A stretch of DNA of 64,000 nucleotides from a virus (IMGVR_UViG_3300047548_001390:1-64000); one strand, 5' to 3'. Counted from the first letter of the stretch, positions 48,432 to 58,769 are shown. Made by a program: numbers and translations. The notes: generated from the sequence alone by a model not told the origin.

Positions 48432-51400
48432 TTATCCGAGAAGAATGAAACCTTGTCCGTATGTCTTATGATTGTTCATGGTAAACGCCATTCTTCTGTT
48501 TGATCCCCCGCCGTATGTATTATCACGGAATGAAGTATGGATCCAAGTAGAGTTAGCTCCTTCAAATTCTAAAATTAATTGGTCGTAGGAGACGAGTTTA
48601 TCTAGCTCTTTGATTAACTGGAAATGAAGCTCCTTACGTTCTCTACCGCCAATCAATGCAATATCAACTGCACGACCTTTGGTGTGATCAGAGACTTCAC
48701 TTGTACCTTTACGATAACCAGATGTTATCTTCCATTTTCTTCCGTATCCTTGAATTCCTTCTGGTAGTACTTCCAGATACCGTTCAAGAATGTTTTCACA
48801 CAGTGTTGACAAGTTGGCTACAATTTGCTGACGTGTCAAACCACTCTGATCAACAAGTTTGTGTCGAGCATTGAAACCACCATCAAACATCATACCCAAT
48901 GTGAAGTGCTCAGAAAGTTTGAAATCGGCTGTAAACGTATCCGTTGCCATAATCTCTTCCAACTTCGAAGACTGCTTGAATCCAGGAGCTGCACCACCAC
49001 CAGCCGCTTTTTCCGATTCAAACAAATTAGCCTTTCCTTCTTGTGCAACGTTTTCCACAATATATGCTTGGCTAATCGGAGTTGCCCCTTCTTCTGGCAA
49101 CTCATACATGTACTTCTCTTCACCCAGTGTTGGAGGAGACTTAATTGGTTCAACAATGGGATTGATTGGGATTCCAAGTGGTGGAGGAATCATACCGTGT
49201 ACAAGTGCTTTTAGAGCAGGTTTGGTATTATCTGCAAGGGATGCTTGTGTGGGGCCTCTTACAGTGCCACTCATACGAATTACTACGTCAGCAAGAAGAT
49301 GCATGACCCTATCGGTTGATATTAGTAGATCTTGACTAGCTCTAACGTGGTATTTCTTACCAATCGTAACAAATGCATCGTCAGCTGCTTTTATGTGATG
49401 ATCTTTTGACGATTGTTGACACATATCTTCAACAGACAACAAGTGCATTTCCCTTTCAGATTTGACGAACATATGGTTTTTAGAATAAGTATGCAACTCG
49501 TTGTTCGATGTAATGTACATATCGTCTTCAGTTGTCATGATATGAGCTTTCTTGCGCGCTTGAAGATTCATCGTGCCGTTTGCCCAAAGAGAGAAATTAC
49601 CTTCCACAGCAATGTTCATGTCTCTTGCTACACCAATATCAAAATTACCACCTACTTTCATCTCAGCTGACCCTGCAACTTCAATGTTTGCATCAGATCT
49701 ACAATAGATGTTTACATTACCTGAGACTGTTACGTTTGCTTCACCTGCAATAGAAATAAATCCATTACGATCATAAATCGTGTACCCATCCCCTACAATT
49801 TTTGTGACTTTGGTGCCACTAGCATCAATTTCATCAAATGTACCTGAACGGTGATACGTATGGATCCGCTCGTACCCGGGAGTGTCGTCAAATTCCTGTA
49901 CATGGCCAGACTCCGTCTCCATTACTTTGTTATATGGATACTTGGCGCCGTAAGGGATTTTGGGCTGATCAAAATAACCAGCATCGAGAGACAAAGGGAT
50001 TCCCAATGTTCTCTGCGATTCTTTCAATGGAACAATTGTTTCTCTTACCACACCACGAGCTAGACGATTTGTTTCTTGCTCACTAGTGTATCGTTTGAGT
50101 GGATATTTGTTGTGAGGATCGACAAACCCTTCATTCCTTGGCTTACCAGCTTCATTCCCAAGCAATGATCCGTAAAAAGAATATGGATTTTGAGTATTAC
50201 CAGCTAACTTGTCGCCGTACCCATACCCTTCAGGTGTTCTCATCTGATAAAAGTGCTCATAATACACCAACTTACGAGCAGCAATATCAGCTGAGTTATT
50301 ACCAACACACTTCTTTGCTGCATAGAAGTATTGTGGGTGAGCAGTTGGAACAGCCTCTTTGGAACGATCGAGCAAATATAATACAGCGACCTCAGCTGAA
50401 ATGTTAATGTCTGTCACTAACAATTCTGGTTGAGCCACAATTGCATATCCAGAAAGTCTTGCATATCTTTCGTAGTTGGCTCTGCCTGTTAGCTGAATAA
50501 ACCCTCTTCCAAAAAACTTTCCACCATCTCCTGGTTGAGAATTACCTAACTGTCTTCCATTGTTTGCAGGATCATATACAAAGTTGAAGAATTCTTCTTT
50601 GGTTCCCTTTTTACCCACAATCCAGTTTGAATACAATTCGGCTAGAGCAATCTTACCTTTAAACGTTGATGGAAATATTTCCATCAATCTTTCAGGACGC
50701 GTATATTGAGCAGATTCCTCTGAAGGAATCCAATTGCACTCACCACCAACAATTGCCAACAAAGCACACTTCTGTTCGTTGGTTTTCATTCCGTATTTGT
50801 CAGCAGCTTTGAGAAGAGCTTTAATACCCTCTTCAGCCTTCGCTCTGTTGCCTTTCCAATCTGCAGGTGGCGTCAACGGAATTTCAGCCTTAGATCCTCC
50901 TGCATAACGATTCTCATCAATCACTGGAGGCTCAATAACCGGCGAAGCCCCACCGTAATTCGGACCACCATATACGCCGTAAACGGGAGGTGTCCCGCCC
51001 TCTCTTGCTGGAGGAATGAAATCGGGACTTTCCAACGTTACAATTGGTTTTGCTCGTGTGACAGCAATGTTCCCTGCGTTAATATCAGCTGACTTCTTAG
51101 AGCTGTAAGGCCCAATCATAATATTACTGACCGATACTGGATTCTCCAAAATAGGTTTAATTCCACCACCGATAGCTGATTGCAGTCCACCAGTAACATT
51201 ACCTAAACCAAAAAAGCTAACTGCTGTTTGTAATTGACCCAACCCAGCACTTGTAATACCACCAAACTCACCAAATATGGATGTTACAAATGATCTAACA
51301 TTACCGAGCAATGCACCTACTGTACCTGCCAAAGTGACTTGCGATAGTTCCCCAACAACGGTATTCAAAAGACCCGATGCTGTTGTGGAAAGACTAGCAA

Positions 51401-52253
51401 CCTGTCCAGCTATTTGCTGAACATTGGTTATGACCCCCAAAATACTTGAAGGATTGCTGAAATTGACATTTCTAATTGAGTTAAAAGAACTTTGTATATT
51501 ATTGAGAGATAGCCCACTTGAGCTTATGAGGCTGTTAAGAGACGCTTTGCCATTTAAGACTGCAACCAGTCCACTTCCTAGAGGCCCAGATTGAGTTGCA
51601 AGAATTTTAAATCTACCTATTGCTGAATCAACGTTACCTGTTCCAAGCAGCAGATTTTCAAAAGAATTCTTCGCGATACCATATGTTGACCCAACCCCTC
51701 CCACTCCACCTAAAAGGCCTCCAACAGCACTAGCCGAACTAGCCGTCTTACCAAGAAATGTTTGTAACAACCCAAACGGAGAGTTTGATACCTGATTTTG
51801 TGACAGGTTAGTAATTGCGCTTATTTGGTTATTTTGAGTTGTAATTGGACCAACGTGGTTAGCGTCAACCTCAGCAGGAGTCGTGGGAATAGGTCTTCCA
51901 GCTGGAGTAATCTCATCTCTAAAAAGAGGTGTTTTTTGAAATTCATCCACATGTACGGATTGCGTCTGAGGGATGCCGTTTAGAATTCCAATAACAATTG
52001 GTTGCTGGTTTTCAGGCCAATCGTTGAAGATGACAATAACGGAAGTTCCTTCTGGTGGAGGGATAACTGTAGCACCTGGCACACCAGTGACTGGCTGCAT
52101 CAACATCGCCCATGGTAGGTCCTCTGTTGGCAAAACCACCTTATCATGAGTATGAAGTCCAACAACCCGAACCCTCATCCTCCCCAACATAAGAGGATCA
52201 ATTCGATCCTCTACAACACCAATATAAAATTGACCACCATTACTCTGGATCAT
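48432..52253 (-). CDS. gp5: baseplate hub spike gp5 with GH19 lysozyme-like and C-terminal M15 peptidase domains
   Basis: GVVEDR.DP..LGR.RVR OB fold; FFGRGFIQLTGRANY; YPYN.V.ETESGH..EFDDTPG.ERI; ITSGYR..SDH.KGRAVDI..WIH.SF. Confidence 0.9.
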   Translation of the reverse strand: MIQSNGGQFYIGVVEDRIDPLMLGRMRVRVVGLHTHDKVVLPTEDLPWAMLMQPVTGVPGATVIPPPEGTSVIVIFNDWPENQQPIVIGILNGIPQTQSVHVDEFQKTPLFRDEITPAGRPIPTTPAEVDANHVGPITTQNNQISAITNLSQNQVSNSPFGLLQTFLGKTASSASAVGGLLGGVGGVGSTYGIAKNSFENLLLGTGNVDSAIGRFKILATQSGPLGSGLVAVLNGKASLNSLISSSGLSLNNIQSSFNSIRNVNFSNPSSILGVITNVQQIAGQVASLSTTASGLLNTVVGELSQVTLAGTVGALLGNVRSFVTSIFGEFGGITSAGLGQLQTAVSFFGLGNVTGGLQSAIGGGIKPILENPVSVSNIMIGPYSSKKSADINAGNIAVTRAKPIVTLESPDFIPPAREGGTPPVYGVYGGPNYGGASPVIEPPVIDENRYAGGSKAEIPLTPPADWKGNRAKAEEGIKALLKAADKYGMKTNEQKCALLAIVGGECNWIPSEESAQYTRPERLMEIFPSTFKGKIALAELYSNWIVGKKGTKEEFFNFVYDPANNGRQLGNSQPGDGGKFFGRGFIQLTGRANYERYARLSGYAIVAQPELLVTDINISAEVAVLYLLDRSKEAVPTAHPQYFYAAKKCVGNNSADIAARKLVYYEHFYQMRTPEGYGYGDKLAGNTQNPYSFYGSLLGNEAGKPRNEGFVDPHNKYPLKRYTSEQETNRLARGVVRETIVPLKESQRTLGIPLSLDAGYFDQPKIPYGAKYPYNKVMETESGHVQEFDDTPGYERIHTYHRSGTFDEIDASGTKVTKIVGDGYTIYDRNGFISIAGEANVTVSGNVNIYCRSDANIEVAGSAEMKVGGNFDIGVARDMNIAVEGNFSLWANGTMNLQARKKAHIMTTEDDMYITSNNELHTYSKNHMFVKSEREMHLLSVEDMCQQSSKDHHIKAADDAFVTIGKKYHVRASQDLLISTDRVMHLLADVVIRMSGTVRGPTQASLADNTKPALKALVHGMIPPPLGIPINPIVEPIKSPPTLGEEKYMYELPEEGATPISQAYIVENVAQEGKANLFESEKAAGGGAAPGFKQSSKLEEIMATDTFTADFKLSEHFTLGMMFDGGFNARHKLVDQSGLTRQQIVANLSTLCENILERYLEVLPEGIQGYGRKWKITSGYRKGTSEVSDHTKGRAVDIALIGGRERKELHFQLIKELDKLVSYDQLILEFEGANSTWIHTSFRDNTYGGGSNRRMAFTMNNHKTYGQGFILLG

Positions 52254-53532
52254 TCAGATTCACCTTAATGCTGTCTTTAATTAATTCCATTGTGCACTCG
52301 TGCTTTTCTCTGGAGATGAAATGACAGATTGATCCTATCAAATAATATCCGGATAGCAATTTGTCTTCAATATCGTCTTTTGTATGAAATTCTTTAATTT
52401 GAGTATTTTTTGGCACTTCTAAGTAGATTTTCTGGCCAGCGGAGTAATCAGTCCGTCCAAAGACTGTAATTGTCACTTTATACGCTTCCGCTGCCGATAA
52501 TAATGCTTTTCTTTTTTGAATCGTCTGTGTGTTTGTCGTATCACTATATCCTTCAAAATTGTTGTAATACATATGGTCATGCATCAACAACCCTTTTGGT
52601 CTTGCTGCAACTTTTGAAGAATACAATGGATGTTCGTTTAGATGGTTTTGTTTTTCAAATTCGGGTTGATGGTAGGTGTGAACATATTGTTTAGTTAATA
52701 TATCGTAGTAAATGATCTCACTACCATAAAACCCGGATTGCAATCGATCGATGTAGTTAAAAACATCGGACATTTGAAATTCAATGACACGCTGATAATC
52801 TTTCTCAATATCTCGCTCAGAAGATCCACCACCAATCTCTGCTGAATAATTATCCCAAATAAACCTCTGCATTAACGGAGCACCGGCATACAGGGTTTCT
52901 ATCGAAATAAAATTAAAACCATATTTGTTCTCAAAAAACACATAGGAAGGGGATTCCGTTACACTCACGGCATTATCTGCGCAATACTGTAAACAGCGAG
53001 TCGGACTCCAAAAATTGGAAACAAACTTAGTTTTGTTTGATGTGTCTTCAATATTGAAGGTTTTTTTCGACTCAAGTCCAAACTCTGACGTAATCAGTTC
53101 CTCTACTATTTTTGATACTTTTCCGGAATATGCCTTGGATATTTTTTTATTGAGGTCAATGATAGCTTCTTTGGAAATAAAATGGAGAACGTAGACCACC
53201 TCTCTTTCCTGAGTCTTCATTCTATCATCCATTTTATAGATATAGAATTCTTTCTCATACACATCTTTTGCAGGAAGGGATGGAGTTGACACTTTGAGTC
53301 GAATCACTTCCTCACCAACTAGTGGCATCAGATTTGAAATTTCTTGTGAGTCTTGGAGGATTAGTTTGCCAGAAATAAACATGGAAAACATATCCTCGTA
53401 AATTTCAATACCAACCACTTGAGGAGTTACGGTTTGCGCAAACCCTATAGCCGTAATGATAGTGACGTCATTAATATCAACGTCACCAGCAAACCTTACT
53501 TTTTCACTGATCTTTTCACTATTTTCAGCCAT
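52240..53532 (-). CDS. baseplate hub/tail protein (gp27-like position)
   Basis: I.IYED.F...ISG, P.VGEE, YVFFEN..GFNF.SI, LSGYYLI..I.H; directly upstream of gp5. Confidence 0.7.
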   Translation of the reverse strand: MAENSEKISEKVRFAGDVDINDVTIITAIGFAQTVTPQVVGIEIYEDMFSMFISGKLILQDSQEISNLMPLVGEEVIRLKVSTPSLPAKDVYEKEFYIYKMDDRMKTQEREVVYVLHFISKEAIIDLNKKISKAYSGKVSKIVEELITSEFGLESKKTFNIEDTSNKTKFVSNFWSPTRCLQYCADNAVSVTESPSYVFFENKYGFNFISIETLYAGAPLMQRFIWDNYSAEIGGGSSERDIEKDYQRVIEFQMSDVFNYIDRLQSGFYGSEIIYYDILTKQYVHTYHQPEFEKQNHLNEHPLYSSKVAARPKGLLMHDHMYYNNFEGYSDTTNTQTIQKRKALLSAAEAYKVTITVFGRTDYSAGQKIYLEVPKNTQIKEFHTKDDIEDKLLSGYYLIGSICHFISREKHECTMELIKDSIKVNLNDPE

Positions 53533-53536
53533 GTTT

Positions 53537-54031
53537 TTACACTAGTAATTTAAATTCATCTAAGACTTTAACTAACACTTCTGGAGCAATTAGTTTAATT
53601 CTTCTTTTGTTTTCATTGAGATTATTTTCGTATTGATAATTCGTCACGCCTACAGCATCCATTACATCAGAATTAACAACAAAGCCATCTTTTTCCCAAT
53701 GGTGAATCTCATTTGCTTCTTCAATTGACCCGTATTTAGTTATGATATATTCATCCAATTGGTGATAGTTCTTTGGCCAATCCTCAGCGTAGTTATATTT
53801 TTGATTAGCAATCATAATAACCCAATGATAAAAAGGAGATCCATAAACACGATCAGCAATAATTTCCGGTGTTTCTCCATCCTTGATATCATATTCATCA
53901 TACAGGGTAATATTCTCAAGAATTTCTTTTCTTAGACGTACATTAACTGTAATGTCTCTGACAACTTTGAGGACTTCCTCTCCGTTTATATTGTAGAGGT
54001 AGTATATATTTGGGAATTCTCTAAAATACAT
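53537..54031 (-). CDS. gp53: baseplate wedge gp53
   Basis: MYF..FP, Y.IKDGETPE.IA...YG...YHWVI..N, NE.KR.IKLI. Confidence 0.92.
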   Translation of the reverse strand: MYFREFPNIYYLYNINGEEVLKVVRDITVNVRLRKEILENITLYDEYDIKDGETPEIIADRVYGSPFYHWVIMIANQKYNYAEDWPKNYHQLDEYIITKYGSIEEANEIHHWEKDGFVVNSDVMDAVGVTNYQYENNLNENKRRIKLIAPEVLVKVLDEFKLLV

Positions 54032-54033
54032 GA

Positions 54034-55140
54034 TTAGTACCCATCGCGTATAGTTTCTTTTGTCAAGAGAGCCAATTCTCTGAACGTAAGCGAGATATTA
54101 ATTTGTGAAGGCATTCCATCATCAAATGAAGTAAACTGACCCTGAGGGGAGTACACCACAGACATATCCGTAAGAACGCAGGATGTGTGTCTGTGTAAGT
54201 TCATATTTTCTTTACCATTGTTATAATAGTATATGTCGAATTCAGAAGGGTACAAATACAAGAACTGACCTGTATTTGGTTTGAATTCGGGGTGCATGTG
54301 TAATTTGAATTCGTAGATGATATTTTGAACATCCTCAGCTTCTTTTTTAGAGCGCGGAAAGAACTGATAATTGAAACTAAATGTTCTGTAATCAACATCC
54401 TTAAAGATTTGTTCTTTTTTGGGGTTCATAGCAATCCCAGAGGATTTCGAAAGTAACTCACCCGCTCCTGGAGTTCTCAATGCCAAACCAGCAAGATACC
54501 CAGCTGTATCTTCTGTCAAAGCTGATAACTTGAGCTTAGCAATGTTTTCTGCACCCATTGCAATTGCAATTGAACCGGCTAAATCCGTATCTTGCCAATT
54601 CACCCCATACTTAATCGACATTTCATTGGGGATGAACAGTGCAATGGCTTTTCTTTGACGTTTGTATTGTTTATTTGCACCACCAACTGCAGCTACAGCA
54701 GCAAGACCAACCAAAGTACCGACACTAACGTTTGATATGGTGTTGACTGTTTCTTTCAACTTAGCTGCACCCAAACCTGTTGTGGTTTTACCAGCAATGT
54801 CAGCTGCTTGAACTCCTACAGCGCCAGCAACACCTGCAGTTGCAGCTACTCCCGTTTGCGAAATTTGTGAGCCTGATACTGCTCCTTTTCCTCTTGGAGG
54901 GACACTGCTAGCAGGCACAAACCCTCCAGTCGAAGAATCATCTTTGGTCAGCATCGAGTCTTCGTGCACATTAATATAAAAGACAACAAAATTATTACCG
55001 TAAGGGTTGTTTGGGGACAGCAAATCGGAGGGGTACGTCAACCCGTTGGTAGCATACTTGTTTCTTTCGTACTCAGTTGCTGCACGCAATGCCTTTCCGC
55101 GCGGTTGGTATTCGAGCCGTTGATTAGTAGGTTCTGCCAT
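54034..55140 (-). CDS. gp48: baseplate tail tube cap gp48
   Basis: NP..EQIF..V..R.FSF.Y.F.P.S..EA, YPSEF.I, CVLT...V.Y.P, L.F.E. Confidence 0.85.
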   Translation of the reverse strand: MAEPTNQRLEYQPRGKALRAATEYERNKYATNGLTYPSDLLSPNNPYGNNFVVFYINVHEDSMLTKDDSSTGGFVPASSVPPRGKGAVSGSQISQTGVAATAGVAGAVGVQAADIAGKTTTGLGAAKLKETVNTISNVSVGTLVGLAAVAAVGGANKQYKRQRKAIALFIPNEMSIKYGVNWQDTDLAGSIAIAMGAENIAKLKLSALTEDTAGYLAGLALRTPGAGELLSKSSGIAMNPKKEQIFKDVDYRTFSFNYQFFPRSKKEAEDVQNIIYEFKLHMHPEFKPNTGQFLYLYPSEFDIYYYNNGKENMNLHRHTSCVLTDMSVVYSPQGQFTSFDDGMPSQINISLTFRELALLTKETIRDGY

Positions 55141-55172
55141 GGAAATCCGATAAGTATTGGGTTATTACGAAT

Positions 55173-55180
55173 TATTTATC
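55173..55180 (-). promoter_or_regulatory. late promoter GATAAATA for the baseplate operon
   Basis: NATAAATA upstream of gp48. Confidence 0.55.
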
Positions 55181-55185
55181 ACAGC

Positions 55186-55626
55186 ATGACAAAGTATCAT
55201 AAAAGAAAATACACCCCAATTCACCCTGAAAAGTATGAAGGTGATCCTACCGGAATCATTGCTAGATCGTCATGGGAAACGAAATTCTTTATTTGGTGTG
55301 ATAATAACCCAGCTGTCATAAAGTGGAGCTCAGAAGAGCTCGTGATACACTATAAATGCAAGACGGATGATCGATGGCACCGGTATTTTCCGGACGCAAA
55401 AGTGAAAATTAAAGACGCAGCTGGAAATATTAAGACGTATATTGTTGAAATTAAACCAGACAAACAGACAAGACCTCCCGAAACCCCCAAAAGAAAAACC
55501 AGGCAGTACATTAATGAAGTACTAACCTGGGGCCGCAACAGTTCCAAGTGGGACGCAGCGATCGAATATTGCAAGGATCGGGGCTGGGAATTTAAGATTC
55601 TAACTGAGAAGCACCTAAATGTTTAA
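55186..55626 (+). CDS. gp4: head completion nuclease gp4 (start 55186, not 54964)
   Basis: P.HPEKY.GDP, RSSWE..F..WCD, W.SEE, HRYFPD, EIKP..QT, KW.AA, F.ILTE. Confidence 0.92.
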   Translation: MTKYHKRKYTPIHPEKYEGDPTGIIARSSWETKFFIWCDNNPAVIKWSSEELVIHYKCKTDDRWHRYFPDAKVKIKDAAGNIKTYIVEIKPDKQTRPPETPKRKTRQYINEVLTWGRNSSKWDAAIEYCKDRGWEFKILTEKHLNV

Positions 55627-55937
55627 TCATTGTCACAAGCGTTAGCTGAATTATTGACTGCTAACCTTAAATAATACCTTTGAAAAATATAATGGCCACC
55701 GCGTCTTGATTGAACCCAGCACAAATTCCACATTAACGCATTCTTCTGCATTGCTTCAATAATGTCTTCATTTCCAGACCAACCACCGGTAGACATATCA
55801 ATTTCTATTCCGTGGTCATCTATTAATTCCTTTCCCATCCACCAGTTTTGTCTGATGTAGTCAAACCAACCATCAATATCATCTACCAACCAGGTTTCAA
55901 TCCTGCTGAGAACTTCTTCTGAAGGATATTGAGTCAT
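55623..55937 (-). CDS. hypothetical phage protein
   Basis: STGGWSGNE.II.A..W..S.RGGHY.F motif; coupled to the upstream gene. Confidence 0.7.
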   Translation of the reverse strand: MTQYPSEEVLSRIETWLVDDIDGWFDYIRQNWWMGKELIDDHGIEIDMSTGGWSGNEDIIEAMQKNALMWNLCWVQSRRGGHYIFQRYYLRLAVNNSANACDND

Positions 55938-56194
55938 TCTTTTATTCCAAAATGTTGTTTGATCCTAATAACAGCATCTACGATACCACCGTTGATGCCT
56001 CTTAGATAACATTGATCCTCAATATTATCCTCTTTGTCAATCCATTCCTCCGATACTTTTTCTTCCAAAGCCTGATTGACACATTCCCGAATAATCAACT
56101 CGGCGAACTTTTCAAAAACCTGATCTTGTGAAGGATAAGGTATTTTATCCGTGAATCTTGCTTTGTCAGCAAGTTCTCTAATTCGTTCGTTCAT
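55934..56194 (-). CDS. MNERI-family paralog 1
   Basis: MNERIREL/KFAELIIREC/IKQHFGIKE. Confidence 0.8.
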   Translation of the reverse strand: MNERIRELADKARFTDKIPYPSQDQVFEKFAELIIRECVNQALEEKVSEEWIDKEDNIEDQCYLRGINGGIVDAVIRIKQHFGIKE

Positions 56195-56328
56195 TATTCA
56201 TCTCCATATAGTGCAGCATGCAATCGTTCAATTCGCTCTGCTGCCATAATCAATAACATCTTTAGAGCAATGTTATCTTGACTCTCACTTGCTTTTTTCA
56301 GAACATCAACTAATTCTCTGTTGGTCAT
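56194..56328 (-). CDS. 44-aa hypothetical protein (absent from the ORF track)
   Basis: MTNRELVDVLKKASE...LYGDE*; overlaps both neighbours (ATGA, TAATG). Confidence 0.6.
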   Translation of the reverse strand: MTNRELVDVLKKASESQDNIALKMLLIMAAERIERLHAALYGDE

Positions 56329-56534
56329 TCTTTTATTCCGAAGTGTTCGCTAATAGCCTCTGCGTAATGGTATCTGTCTATACCACCAGTATCCACTACC
56401 GCATAGATACACTCTTTGACAATCAACTGTGCGAACTTGTCAACGTTAAAATCAATCCAGTATTCTTCAGGCCACTCAGTTGATGGGATTCTATCCGTGC
56501 ATTGTTCCATAAGTTGTTCAATTCGTTCGTTCAT
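56325..56534 (-). CDS. MNERI-family paralog 2
   Basis: MNERIEQL/KFAQLIVKEC/ISEHFGIKE. Confidence 0.8.
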   Translation of the reverse strand: MNERIEQLMEQCTDRIPSTEWPEEYWIDFNVDKFAQLIVKECIYAVVDTGGIDRYHYAEAISEHFGIKE

Positions 56535-56767
56535 TCTTCAATTCCAAAATGTTCTTTGATGTTTCGTTGAGCAAGTGATAAAGCACTATTATACGCTCCA
56601 TCATCTTTAGGACTAATCTTTTGCCACTCCATTAAGCAAACACATCTATTGATGATTAGCTCAGCAAACTTTTTAATAGCCTGATGATCATAGTCATCCA
56701 TTGAATCCCAACACCCCTGTGCTGTTATTCCGGCATAATACATCATATCCTCAATTCGCTCGTTCAT
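56531..56767 (-). CDS. MNERI-family paralog 3
   Basis: MNERIED/KFAELIINRC/IKEHFGIEE. Confidence 0.8.
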   Translation of the reverse strand: MNERIEDMMYYAGITAQGCWDSMDDYDHQAIKKFAELIINRCVCLMEWQKISPKDDGAYNSALSLAQRNIKEHFGIEE

Positions 56768-57012
56768 TCTTCATACACCTTTGTGGTAACATCAAAACCT
56801 TGATATGTTTTCTCTGTGATTACTGTTCCCAATAGATGTTTGACTTTGGGATCATTCCAACTGTCTTCATCAACACAAGTATTCTTTGTAAGCCTCAGTT
56901 TACTAAGAATGTAAATAACTTCCTCTACTGTGGTCACTTTGGACCAATCCAAAGGCTTGGTTCTAACGACAATGGGATCAGGCTTAGTTCGTTTAAATAA
57001 ATTCCACATCAT
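56764..57012 (-). CDS. hypothetical protein
   Basis: 82 aa, ATGA-coupled. Confidence 0.6.
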   Translation of the reverse strand: MMWNLFKRTKPDPIVVRTKPLDWSKVTTVEEVIYILSKLRLTKNTCVDEDSWNDPKVKHLLGTVITEKTYQGFDVTTKVYEE

Positions 57013-57260
57013 TTAACTCCGAAATGTTCTTGGATATGATGAACACAATCTTTCATTGCTCGATCATATCCTTTATCCCAATCTTCCTCTGCCGATTCAT
57101 TTGTATACCGTTCTGGAGTATTATCAATCAAGGTTTGAACACATTCTCTAACAATCAATTCGGCGAATTTAGAAATATCAAACGACTGATTGCGATCATA
57201 GATATTGGGATTACTACGGAACCCACATTGTTCGGCTAGTTCTTCAATTCGCTTGTTCAT
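57009..57260 (-). CDS. MNERI-family paralog 4 (start 57260)
   Basis: MNKRIEEL/KFAELIVREC/IQEHFGVK. Confidence 0.8.
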   Translation of the reverse strand: MNKRIEELAEQCGFRSNPNIYDRNQSFDISKFAELIVRECVQTLIDNTPERYTNESAEEDWDKGYDRAMKDCVHHIQEHFGVK

Positions 57261-57544
57261 TTTTTTATTCCAAAGTGTTCTTGGAGATTCATAATATTGT
57301 CGATACATTTACTAATGCACAATTCAACGTCAGTCTTATAATTTTCATTATACAATGATTTGCCATATTTGGTCAACCGATCAATTTCAGTCTCAAGAAC
57401 GTTTACACATTCCTTGACAATCAACTCAGCGAATTTAGGTAGACTGGAATTATAGTTACCTGCCCAGCCAATTCCCTCATCTTTTATGTATTGAAAACCA
57501 GCTTGTTCAGCAAGCTCTTTAATTCGGTCGTTCACTCTCATCAT
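57257..57544 (-). CDS. MNERI-family paralog 5 (GTG at 57535 is a plausible start)
   Basis: VNDRIKEL/KFAELIVKEC/LQEHFGIKK. Confidence 0.8.
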   Translation of the reverse strand: MMRVNDRIKELAEQAGFQYIKDEGIGWAGNYNSSLPKFAELIVKECVNVLETEIDRLTKYGKSLYNENYKTDVELCISKCIDNIMNLQEHFGIKK

Positions 57545-57746
57545 CCTTAGCTAAAACATGAGTAACAGCAATGTCTGCACCCCATGTTTCTGGTTTAGAC
57601 TTAAACTCTGGTTCTCTATTTTCAACTATCGAAAGCGCCATCTCTAACCCATTATACAATCCCATCATGTACGGGTCATAATTCCAATTGCCTTCATAGC
57701 CTTGCACTTTTAATACATCACGAATTAATTCTGAAGCATTGTTCAT
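57519..57746 (-). CDS. hypothetical phage protein
   Basis: Q...GNWNYDPYM.G.YNGLE.A motif. Confidence 0.65.
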   Translation of the reverse strand: MNNASELIRDVLKVQGYEGNWNYDPYMMGLYNGLEMALSIVENREPEFKSKPETWGADIAVTHVLAKDDESERPN

Positions 57747-58063
57747 TTCTTGAATCCTATTAACTTGAGAAACACTTTTGCAAAAAGATTAGGTGGCTTG
57801 GAAACGTCCAACCTATACGTCACATTTGCAAGGGTGAGGTTAAACGTTGGGGTAATCCTTCCGAGGGCCGTATTTGATGTGAGCGTAATACCCGACTGAA
57901 ACCAGAGACCTCTATTCTTTTGATTATAATAGTCGTTTACAAGTTTGCAGAAAGTTGTTGCAAACTGTTTGGTCTTGAAATTATATCTTTCTTTAGTATC
58001 AGTATCGAAAGCGTCAAACGTTCCATCTGGAAGGTCAACAACGTGGTAAGTATTGTAATTCAT
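57743..58063 (-). CDS. hypothetical protein
   Basis: 106 aa, ATGA-coupled. Confidence 0.6.
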   Translation of the reverse strand: MNYNTYHVVDLPDGTFDAFDTDTKERYNFKTKQFATTFCKLVNDYYNQKNRGLWFQSGITLTSNTALGRITPTFNLTLANVTYRLDVSKPPNLFAKVFLKLIGFKK

Positions 58064-58419
58064 CTCCAGGTCCTATGCTTTTCGGCAACATGCTCGCTGC
58101 CATCATATTCCTCAACAGTCCATTCCACATCATCTGGAATTTCCACAATCTTTAATCTAGCACAACTACCAGATGCAGCTTCACCAAGCTCCTCTACGAC
58201 CTGTACAAGAATAGGATCATTACGTTCCAGGTCGTGATCAAAAAAGTATTCGTTATTGTTTTCAGTCCTCTGATCAGGAGGAGTGAACCAATAATGCACA
58301 ACGAAAGATCCCGGCTCATCTTCCGTGTAAATTGGAATCCCTTTAATTTCAAAATACCGAAGAATGGCTTCGTGGGATAACCCAAATCCACCAAAGCAAT
58401 CATTAATTACAACTTTCAT
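58060..58419 (-). CDS. conserved phage hypothetical protein
   Basis: KVVIN.CFGGFGLS, R.DP.LVQVVEELG, L.IVEIP, EYDG.E. Confidence 0.75.
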   Translation of the reverse strand: MKVVINDCFGGFGLSHEAILRYFEIKGIPIYTEDEPGSFVVHYWFTPPDQRTENNNEYFFDHDLERNDPILVQVVEELGEAASGSCARLKIVEIPDDVEWTVEEYDGSEHVAEKHRTWR

Positions 58420-58769
58420 GTCTCGACCTCATCAAATAGTTGCGTGTAGTATGTCATTAAATTCTTTCTAGCAGTGTCAAACGCTTGCTCAGAAGTGTAC
58501 TGAACGTGATTTACTCCAGCAACTGCGGTAGCGTAGTCACCTAAAGTATCCAGAGTATCCTGTGCCATTGTTCTTGCTCCAGCATAGAAAGCAGCTTGTA
58601 GCCATTTTACCATAATTGCTGGATTTGGTGCACCCGATTTAAAAGAGTACTCATAGTCATCGTAGAATCGTTCTGCACGCAATGAGAACCCTTCATTTTC
58701 GTAGAAAAACTCTTCGAACTTTTCCTGCAAATCCAGTACTTTACTCATATTGGCTCTCCATATAGCCAT
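58416..58769 (-). CDS. hypothetical protein
   Basis: E.FSLRAERFY..WL.AAF motif; in the coupled operon. Confidence 0.65.
   Translation of the reverse strand: MAIWRANMSKVLDLQEKFEEFFYENEGFSLRAERFYDDYEYSFKSGAPNPAIMVKWLQAAFYAGARTMAQDTLDTLGDYATAVAGVNHVQYTSEQAFDTARKNLMTYYTQLFDEVET

Noticed and set aside
54964-55185. N-terminal extension of the gp4 ORF
   Set aside because: Overlaps gp48 antisense and its promoter; the gp4 motifs start at 55186
55934-57544. CRISPR-like reading of the recurring attcgttcgttcat..ccaaaatg motifs
   Set aside because: The repeats are degenerate, coding and irregularly spaced; they are paralog ends
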